A stretch of DNA of 64,000 bases from Alphaproteobacteria bacterium. GTDB lineage: Bacteria > Pseudomonadota > Alphaproteobacteria > RF32 > CAG-239. Below the pieces are notes generated by a model. It made no database searches, was not told where the DNA came from, and saw only the letters and a list, made by a program, of their open reading frames with translations. A program made the position numbers and the translations under genes. The DNA lies in assembly GCA_020025875.1 (NCBI GenBank), contig JAHHRI010000004.1:125-64124 (forward strand), given 5' to 3'. How positions within the stretch are numbered: the stretch's first letter is position 1; each line of letters opens with the position of its first letter. Of this stretch, positions 57,333 through 64,000 are shown in pieces.

Positions 57333-58454
57333 ATGAAAAAACTGAACATTTACATTTTCCGACAGATATTTGTCGGGTTTCTGCTGGTCACTTTTTCGCT
57401 GATGTCGATTTTGTGGCTTACTCAATCTTTGCGATTTGTCGAACTGGTGACCAACAAAGGGCTGCCGCTCAGCCTGTTTATTAAAATGACTTCTTGCCTG
57501 ATGCCCCGCCTTTTTTCTTTGTTGTCGCCGATTTCGGTATTTGTGGCCGTTTTGTTCGTTTACAACCGAATGCTTTCGGATCGGGAACTGGTCGTTATGC
57601 AGTCTGCCGGCATCAGCCCTTGGCAAAATGCCAAACCGGCTCTTTATTTTGGGGTGATGATGTCGTTTTTTGGGCTCTATGTGAACAATTTTGCCATTCC
57701 CGATGCGGAAAAGGCTTTTGCCGATTTGGAGTGGCAGGTTAAAAACGACGTTTCGCACCTGATGTTCAGAGAAGGAGAATTTGCCACCTTGCAAAACGGT
57801 CTTACCGTTTTTATCACCACACACGAAAAAGATGGTTCGGTAAGCGGCGTTTTGATCAACGATGAGCGTATGCCAAACACGAAAATGACGGTTTCGGCAG
57901 AGCACGGTATTATCGTCTATACCGGCAAAGGGCCTCGGCTGATTATGATTAATGGCGTTCGTCAGGAAATTGACAACCGAAGCGGTCAGTTTTCTTCGCT
58001 TTCGTTTGATCGCTATTCCATCGATTTCGGCACTTCTTCAACCGGCAAAAAACGTGACGATTCGGCGCGTTCAAAAACATTGACCGAGCTGTTTGATGCC
58101 AAATCGAACTCCGAACTGACACCTCAGGAAGCCAACCGCTACATTCTGGAAGGACACCGCCGATTGATGAATCCGTTGTATAATCTGGTTATGGCGTTGC
58201 TGGCCTGTGTCGGCCTGCTGGTCGGCAATTTTAACCGTCGCGGACAGGGGAAAATCATTTCCTACTCAATTATGTCCATGGTTGCGGTTGAGGTTGGTGA
58301 TCTTGCGTTTGGCAATCTGTGCAGCAAAAACCTCTACTTTCTTGCTTTGTTCTATGCCAATTTGATCGTGCCTTTTGTTGCTTGCTTATATCTGTTGTTC
58401 TTTTATAATCCGGCGTGGTTTATCCGCCGCCATCATCATCGGAGCGCAAGATAA
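57333..58454 (+). CDS. lptG: LPS export ABC permease, LptF/LptG family (LptG by synteny with lptD)
   Basis: 373 aa starting MKKLNIYIFRQIF..F......L....W, the YjgP/YjgQ topology. TAATG overlap with lptD. Confidence 0.75.
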   Translation: MKKLNIYIFRQIFVGFLLVTFSLMSILWLTQSLRFVELVTNKGLPLSLFIKMTSCLMPRLFSLLSPISVFVAVLFVYNRMLSDRELVVMQSAGISPWQNAKPALYFGVMMSFFGLYVNNFAIPDAEKAFADLEWQVKNDVSHLMFREGEFATLQNGLTVFITTHEKDGSVSGVLINDERMPNTKMTVSAEHGIIVYTGKGPRLIMINGVRQEIDNRSGQFSSLSFDRYSIDFGTSSTGKKRDDSARSKTLTELFDAKSNSELTPQEANRYILEGHRRLMNPLYNLVMALLACVGLLVGNFNRRGQGKIISYSIMSMVAVEVGDLAFGNLCSKNLYFLALFYANLIVPFVACLYLLFFYNPAWFIRRHHHRSAR

Positions 58455-60670
58455 TGTTTTGCAAACCATTGAAATATGCCCTGTTGGCAGCCGGTTTCGG
58501 AAGTGTGGCGTTGCTGTCTTTTCGCTCGTTTGCCGAAGTTGCGCCGGCAACAAAGCGCGCGCGGACGGAAATCCATTTCAGCGCCGATCAAGTGGAAGAA
58601 AATTCTGCCACCAAAGTGATTACCGCCGTCGGACATATCAACATTGTCCGCGAAGGCGTTACCCTCAAAGCCGACAAACTTGTTTACGACCGCAAAAACG
58701 ACAAAATATCCGCCAAAGGCAATATCATCATTGTTCAGCCGGACGGCACCACTCTTTTTGCCGATACTGCCGAATTGGAAGACAAAATGTCTAAAGGGGT
58801 TATTCGTGATGTGAAAATGATACTTGCCGATAAGAGCAGGGTGGCAGCCCGACGGGTTAAACAATCGGAAAACAAAAACAAATATTTTTTCTATGGTGTC
58901 TATTCTCCCTGTGATGTTTGCGAGGACAACCCCTCTCCTTTGTGGCAGATCAAGGCGCGCAAAATAACCCACGATGCCGCCAACAAAGATGTTTACTATC
59001 GGGACGCCTTTATCCAGATCAAAGATATTCCGGTGTTTTATACGCCCTTTATGTCGCATCCGGATCCGACGGTGAAACGCCGCTCCGGTTTTCTGCCGCC
59101 GTCGGTGCGCTCTACTTCTTACCTCGGCAGTTCGCTTGAGCTTCGCTATTTTTGGAATATATCCGATCATGAAGATCTGCTGTTTTCTCCGATTCTGAGT
59201 GCGGATCAAGGGGTTGTTTGGGGCGGACGTTACCGAAAAATGCTCTATAACGGAGAACTGGACATCAACGGATCTTATATGACGGATCGTGACACGGACG
59301 AAAGCCGTTATGGTCTTTTTGCCAAAGGACGTTACGAGATCAATGACTTCTGGTTGGGGAGTTTTAACATTAATTATGCATCGGACAGCTCTTATCTGAA
59401 AGATCTTTCTCTCCCCGGAAAAACCGAAACTTGGCTTACGTCACACGCCGCCTTGGAGCGTTTCGAAAATCGGAATTATGCTGCCGTGGAGGCCTATTCT
59501 TATAAGTTGGTCAGCTATTCGCTTAAAGAATATCATGCTTCCGAATTTGAAAAACGCGACTACAGCAAGCCCTATATCTTGCCGCTGGTGACCTATGAAC
59601 ATATCGGCGATGCCAATCGCTACGGTGCTTATTTCAAAAATACCGTCAGTACGGCTTCCGTGTATCGTGAACGAGATGAAACCAAAACCCAGCGGGCTTC
59701 CATGATCAATTCGTGGAACTTACCCTATACCAGCCCTTACGGAGAAAAATACAAGTTCGTGGCTTCCGTGAAATCGGACATCTACTATATAGACAAATAT
59801 GTTAACAATTATGATAACAGCTATAGCGGTGCCGTCGGGCGCGTTTTTCCGCAGGCGGGGTTGGAATGGCGGTTGCCGTTCGTGAAGGCGACGGAAACCA
59901 CCCGACAGATTGTTGAACCGATTATCGTGGCCGTGGCCGCGCCGAACGGGGGAAACAAAATTAACAAGATCCCCAACGAGGACAGCTTAATTGCGCAGCT
60001 TGACGATACCAACATCTTAAATTTGGATCGCTACAACGGTTATGACAGAAACGACACCGGCAGCCGCATCAGTTATGGTTTTAACTGGAGTTCATACGGC
60101 AATATCATTGGGCGGACATCAATGTTTATTGCTCAAAGCTACTATTTTAACGAAGAAGAAAGTTTTTCCCAAAGCCTTGGTGATAACAGCCATTTCAGCG
60201 ATTATGTCGGGCGTATTTATGCCTCGCCGACCTCTTATCTCGATTTTAACTATCGTTTCCGTATTGATCGTACCGACTATCAGTTGAAGTATAACGAAAT
60301 CAATGCGCGAATCGGTCCTGATGTGTTGTCTGCCTATATTGCTTTTACCTCCATCAACGGACGTAAGGACAAGCGGGCGGACAGCGGGCTTTATTTCTTT
60401 GATGACTATCGGGAAAAAAAGGAACTTTATACCTCTGTTCAGGCCAAAATTTCTCGCGATTGGAGAATCACCGCCTACAATCGTCAAGATCTGACCAAAG
60501 GGTCTGTCGGTTCACTTGAACACGGCGGGCAGATCATTTATGAGGACGAATGCTTTAAATTGGTCTTTGATATTCATAAATACAATTCAACCGATCCGGA
60601 TTATGAAGATGGCTATGAATATTCCGCCACGTTCTTGCTGAAAACATTAGGCGGAATCGGTTCAAACTAA
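58454..60670 (+). CDS. lptD: LPS-assembly outer-membrane protein LptD
   Basis: 738 aa from ATG 58454. Signal peptide, an OstA-like N-terminal domain (..A.GNV.I......L.AD.L.Y......) and a large beta-barrel. Followed by surA. Confidence 0.88.
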   Translation: MFCKPLKYALLAAGFGSVALLSFRSFAEVAPATKRARTEIHFSADQVEENSATKVITAVGHINIVREGVTLKADKLVYDRKNDKISAKGNIIIVQPDGTTLFADTAELEDKMSKGVIRDVKMILADKSRVAARRVKQSENKNKYFFYGVYSPCDVCEDNPSPLWQIKARKITHDAANKDVYYRDAFIQIKDIPVFYTPFMSHPDPTVKRRSGFLPPSVRSTSYLGSSLELRYFWNISDHEDLLFSPILSADQGVVWGGRYRKMLYNGELDINGSYMTDRDTDESRYGLFAKGRYEINDFWLGSFNINYASDSSYLKDLSLPGKTETWLTSHAALERFENRNYAAVEAYSYKLVSYSLKEYHASEFEKRDYSKPYILPLVTYEHIGDANRYGAYFKNTVSTASVYRERDETKTQRASMINSWNLPYTSPYGEKYKFVASVKSDIYYIDKYVNNYDNSYSGAVGRVFPQAGLEWRLPFVKATETTRQIVEPIIVAVAAPNGGNKINKIPNEDSLIAQLDDTNILNLDRYNGYDRNDTGSRISYGFNWSSYGNIIGRTSMFIAQSYYFNEEESFSQSLGDNSHFSDYVGRIYASPTSYLDFNYRFRIDRTDYQLKYNEINARIGPDVLSAYIAFTSINGRKDKRADSGLYFFDDYREKKELYTSVQAKISRDWRITAYNRQDLTKGSVGSLEHGGQIIYEDECFKLVFDIHKYNSTDPDYEDGYEYSATFLLKTLGGIGSN

Positions 60671-60684
60671 CCAAGGAGTTACTG

Positions 60685-61725
60685 ATGATTAAGAAAATAC
60701 TGCTGGCTCTTTGCCTGATATTCTCTGCCGATGCTCAAGCGCAATTTGCCGCCCCCGCCCGTCCGCAACCGGCAGAAGAACGGCAATCGGTTTTGTTCCG
60801 TCAGACGCCGCCGACGGCACCCGCCGCTCGTCCCGCGGAACCGGAGAATATCCGCAAGCCGACACCTTATGCCGGATCTATCCGCATTTTGGCGCAAGTT
60901 AACGGTGATATTATTACCACCGAAGATATCAATCACCGTGTGCGTGCCTTCTGCATGACTACGGGCATTCCCTATAATCGGCAGACGAAACTGTTGATCA
61001 TAAACAAAGTGATGCAAAACACCATCGACGAAAAACTAAAAAATCAAGAGGCCGCCCGCAGTCATATCGACATCGGAGAAAAAGAAATTGACAATGCTGT
61101 CGGCGTTTTCTGTCAAAACAATGGTTTCAGTCGCAGCCAGCTGAAGCAAATGTTGAAAGATTCCGGTATTAGCTTTGATATATTCCGCGAGCAACTAAAA
61201 ACCGACCTTGCGTGGATTCGCGTTGTTCAGCGCGGCACCATGGGCGAGCGGATTACTCAGCCGGAAATTGAGGAAGCCTTAGCCATTGCCAAAAGAGATA
61301 TGAGCAAGCCCAAATTTATGCTTTCGGAAATCGTTATTCCGAGCAAAGATGCCAAACATATTTCTCAACTGACGGAGAACCTCCGTCAAGATCCTCGTTT
61401 TGAATTGTATGCAGCGCAGTTTTCACAAAGTCCGAGCGCCTCTTCGGGCGGCAAACTCGGTTGGGTGACGGAAGGACAGCTCCCGCAAGAGCTGGAAAAA
61501 CAAATTAAAAAGCTGTCTTCCGGTCAGGTCAGCGATCCCATTCTTTACAACGGTGATTATCATATTTTCAAAGTTGAGCAAAAGTTTGATCCGCAAACAG
61601 ATCAAATGCCGCTGCCCTCGAACGAGGAAGTGAAAGATATGCTGCAAAATCAAAAAAGCAAGCGTTATGCCGAAGAACATATGCAGGAACTGCGCCAACG
61701 AGCCATTATTGAACTGAAAGAGTAG
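60685..61725 (+). CDS. surA: periplasmic chaperone/peptidyl-prolyl isomerase SurA-like (single parvulin domain)
   Basis: 346 aa. Signal peptide, a Pro/Ala-rich linker, a SurA N-terminal domain, and parvulin ..GGKLGWVTEGQLP.EL......L..GQVS.P.......HIFKV... Confidence 0.82.
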   Translation: MIKKILLALCLIFSADAQAQFAAPARPQPAEERQSVLFRQTPPTAPAARPAEPENIRKPTPYAGSIRILAQVNGDIITTEDINHRVRAFCMTTGIPYNRQTKLLIINKVMQNTIDEKLKNQEAARSHIDIGEKEIDNAVGVFCQNNGFSRSQLKQMLKDSGISFDIFREQLKTDLAWIRVVQRGTMGERITQPEIEEALAIAKRDMSKPKFMLSEIVIPSKDAKHISQLTENLRQDPRFELYAAQFSQSPSASSGGKLGWVTEGQLPQELEKQIKKLSSGQVSDPILYNGDYHIFKVEQKFDPQTDQMPLPSNEEVKDMLQNQKSKRYAEEHMQELRQRAIIELKE

Positions 61726-61728
61726 GTT

Positions 61729-62553
61729 ATGAACTATAGTCTTCGGGAAATTGTCGAGAGGCACCATTTGCTTGCTTCCAAAGCATTGGGACAAAATTTT
61801 TTGCTTGACGGCAACATTACCCGCAAAATTATTACCCTTAGCCTAAGACAGCAGGGGATAGCCTCTTTCGGCGGCTGCAATTTATGCGAAATCGGCCCCG
61901 GTCCGGGCGGATTGACACGGGCGGCACTGGCAGAGGAGCCGGCTTCGATGACGGTGATTGAAATGGATTCCCGTTGTATTGCAATTATGGAAGAACTCAA
62001 AGAAGAAACCGACATTCCTTTTCGCATCATCAACGGCGACGCTCTCAAATTTGACCTTGTCCGCGAAATTGAAGCCCCCCGCCAGCTGATCAGCAACTTA
62101 CCCTATAACGTTTCGGTGCCGCTTTTAACCGGTTGGCTGAAACAGGCGGCAAATTATCAGGCAATGACACTTATGTTTCAGAAAGAAGTGGCGGAAAGAA
62201 TCGTTGCGCCTACCAGATGTAAAGACTATGGACGGCTTTCGGTGCTCTCCCAGCTGACTTGCACCATGAGCAAGCTGATTGAGCTGCCGCCGGAATGTTT
62301 TACGCCGTCGCCCAAAATTCGTTCAACGGTTGTGCTTTTTGTCCCCAAGAAAGAAGTTCCTAACGGTGAGAGGTTGGCAAAAGTCGAAAAATTGACATCG
62401 CTTGCATTCGGTCAACGGCGAAAAATGTTGCGTCAAAGTCTGAAATCAATGCCGCAACTTCTCGATAAGTGCAGAGATATCGGGATTGAGCTGACGGCGC
62501 GCGCCGAGGAGCTGCCGCCGGAAGCTTTTTTGCAGCTGGCTGATTGCTTGTGA
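61729..62553 (+). CDS. rsmA: 16S rRNA (adenine1518/1519-N6)-dimethyltransferase
   Basis: 274 aa with ..LGQNFL.D.NI..KI.. and ..EIGPG.GGLT...., then ..SNLPYN... Confidence 0.93.
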   Translation: MNYSLREIVERHHLLASKALGQNFLLDGNITRKIITLSLRQQGIASFGGCNLCEIGPGPGGLTRAALAEEPASMTVIEMDSRCIAIMEELKEETDIPFRIINGDALKFDLVREIEAPRQLISNLPYNVSVPLLTGWLKQAANYQAMTLMFQKEVAERIVAPTRCKDYGRLSVLSQLTCTMSKLIELPPECFTPSPKIRSTVVLFVPKKEVPNGERLAKVEKLTSLAFGQRRKMLRQSLKSMPQLLDKCRDIGIELTARAEELPPEAFLQLADCL

Positions 62554-62704
62554 ATATTTCTTTTGAGGCTTCGCCGTTTTGTTAAAACAGGCTTTGTGCC
62601 GATTAAAAACTTTTTGCTTTTGTCGGTTTCTTGACACACTCCAAAAACTTTTCCGACAGAAAATTCTTTTTTGTCAAATTTTTCCTTGAAAATTTTTGAT
62701 AAAT

Positions 62705-63376
62705 ATGGTATTTGTGCAGCTAATTGATCAATTATTAATTAAATTAAAAACTTTCGATATGAAAAGAAAAGATGTTTTTGCTGCTTTTTCCGGCAAATTC
62801 GGCACCGGTAAACAGAATTTGGGAAATTATCGCGTTAACGACGGGCGAATTTATTTTCCGTATTTACAGAGTGTTTTCGCCGATATCAAAAAACAACTTC
62901 AAGGCGACTATACGAATTACGACTTTGTTGACGAGTTTTGCAAAAAGTCTGTGAACCCATGGGGCTATCTTCGCAAAGACGCAGATCTTCTCACCTTGGC
63001 ACGCCTGTTGACGCTCCATAGCGGACGAACAGCATCGTCGGTCAGAGCAGAATGCACCCGCCCGCGGATAACCATCTCCCTGTTGTGGGAGTTCTTGGCG
63101 GCACAGATGGAAACTTCCGTCGACAAACTGGATAAGGAAATGTCGGTTCGCAAGATCAGGCTGCCGTTAACCGACAACGACAAGCATTCGTGGCTTACTT
63201 TTGTCATCTGGGGCGATAACCTGTTTGGTGACGGCACCTTGAAAGAACGTGCCGATGATATTGCCGATATGAAAGTCAGCGCATTGTTTGCGTTTTGGGT
63301 AACTGGCAATGGCTCCGACGAAACATCGGAATGCCCCCAAAAAAATCAGAACTCCGAAAACTTTTTTAAGGAATAA
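62705..63376 (+). CDS. hypothetical protein (orphan), start uncertain
   Basis: The ORF is open from 62696. Candidate starts are TTG 62696, ATG 62705 and ATG 62759, none with a clear RBS. No motif recognised. Followed by a strong terminator and then an IS200 end. Confidence 0.4.
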   Translation: MVFVQLIDQLLIKLKTFDMKRKDVFAAFSGKFGTGKQNLGNYRVNDGRIYFPYLQSVFADIKKQLQGDYTNYDFVDEFCKKSVNPWGYLRKDADLLTLARLLTLHSGRTASSVRAECTRPRITISLLWEFLAAQMETSVDKLDKEMSVRKIRLPLTDNDKHSWLTFVIWGDNLFGDGTLKERADDIADMKVSALFAFWVTGNGSDETSECPQKNQNSENFFKE

Positions 63377-63401
63377 TCGGAGAACGAAGGGGGAAAATCA
63401 A

Positions 63402-63432
63402 ATGACATCGACGTTTGTCGGTGTCATTTTTT
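63402..63432 (+). terminator. intrinsic terminator after the orphan ORF
   Basis: 11-bp stem ATGACATCGAC/GTCGGTGTCAT (one wobble), loop GTTT, T6. Confidence 0.7.
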
Positions 63433-63443
63433 GTATCCCTGAA

Positions 63444-64000
63444 AACTACCGGCTAGGCCGGTAGTTCCAAAGAGCTTACAGCTTTGCACATAAAAAACTC
63501 CTTTGCTAAATTAAGTTAGACGGTCTGGCAAAAGTCTAACAAAAGCAAAGGAGTTTTTTATGAACACACATACAATAGCACATACGACATGGAATTGTAA
63601 ATACCATGTCGTTTTCGCCCCGAAATATAGGAGAAAGGCCTTTTATGGAGGGCTTCGCCTAGAAATAGGTCAAATTTTAAGAGAATTGTGTCGATGGAAA
63701 GGAATAAGTATAATAGAAGCAGAGGTCTGCCCCGACCATATCCATATGTTAATAGAGATACCGCCGAAATTTTCGGTAAGTTCGGTTATGGGTTATCTCA
63801 AAGGTAAAAGTAGTCTGGCAATATATGAAAGGTGGGGAAATGCAAAATTCCGATATCGCAACAGGGAATTTTGGTGTCGAGGGTATTATGTGGATACCAC
63901 CGGAAAGAATACCCAAAAAATTACCGAGTATATAAGGAAACAACTTAAGGAAGATGCGGAGCAAAGTCAATTAACAATGGATTTAGACCTGTTTACGGGT
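63444..64000 (+). mobile_element. IS200/IS605-family insertion sequence, left end and tnpA (right end beyond the window)
   Basis: Perfect subterminal hairpin AACTACCGGC-TAG-GCCGGTAGTT (63444-63466). A second long stem AAAAAACTCCTTTGCT/AGCAAAGGAGTTTTTT (63492-63559) sequesters the AAGGAG RBS. The Y1 HUH transposase ORF follows. Confidence 0.85.
63560..64000 (+). CDS. tnpA: IS200/IS605 family Y1 (HUH) transposase TnpA, 3' end cut by the window
   Basis: My own translation from ATG 63560 gives MNTHTIAHTTWNCKYHVVFAPKYRRKAFYG..CPDHIHMLIEIPPK.SVS...GYLKGKSS......REFWCRGYYVDTTG... This shows HUH (HIH) and the catalytic Tyr region. It is missing from the ORF track because no stop occurs before the window end. 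Confidence 0.9.
   Translation, partial: MNTHTIAHTTWNCKYHVVFAPKYRRKAFYGGLRLEIGQILRELCRWKGISIIEAEVCPDHIHMLIEIPPKFSVSSVMGYLKGKSSLAIYERWGNAKFRYRNREFWCRGYYVDTTGKNTQKITEYIRKQLKEDAEQSQLTMDLDLFTG

Overview
This 64-kb chromosomal window is dominated by housekeeping genes. Their order looks alphaproteobacterial: L25-pth-ychF, an S10-spc-alpha ribosomal supercluster without rpmJ/infA/rpsD, rimP-nusA-DUF448-infB-rbfA-truB-rpsO-pnp, and lptG-lptD-surA-rsmA. That taxonomic call is an inference from synteny. GC looks mid-40s by eye but was not computed. Left to right the window holds: a partial orphan ORF; tsf-rpsB and aroK (minus); xerD; a tightly packed minus-strand operon cdd-punA-deoC-deoA-pgeF-amidase; a 1397-aa AsmA-like protein; galU; short-form L25, pth and ychF; a Pmp-repeat autotransporter; 27 ribosomal and associated genes from rpsJ to rpoA; then an unexpected 4.9-kb insert between rpoA and rplQ. 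After rplQ come uup (ABC-F), a Sel1-repeat protein, metG, the nusA-infB-pnp block, a divergent 807-aa membrane pyrophosphatase, lptG-lptD-surA-rsmA, an orphan ORF, and the left end plus almost the whole tnpA of an IS200/IS605 element running off the window. No rRNA, tRNA or CRISPR array was seen. The most interesting region is the rpoA/rplQ insert (34.2-39.1 kb). It contains a 9-copy 36-37-bp G-rich tandem array, then a translationally coupled four-gene cassette, with convergent dtd abutting its end. The cassette encodes (1) a stand-alone paralog of the alanyl-tRNA synthetase catalytic core, (2) an S66 LdcA/MccF-type serine peptidase, and (3,4) two tandem dCTP-deaminase-fold paralogs. The second paralog has His in place of the catalytic Glu. 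rplQ has acquired its own near-consensus promoter. I do not recognise this gene combination as any described pathway, defence system or biosynthetic cluster, and I propose it as a candidate aminoacyl-nucleotide / pyrimidine-nucleotide system. All protein identifications are by-eye motif recognition without database searches. Start codons were refined from RBS and overlap context, and several remain uncertain by a few codons.
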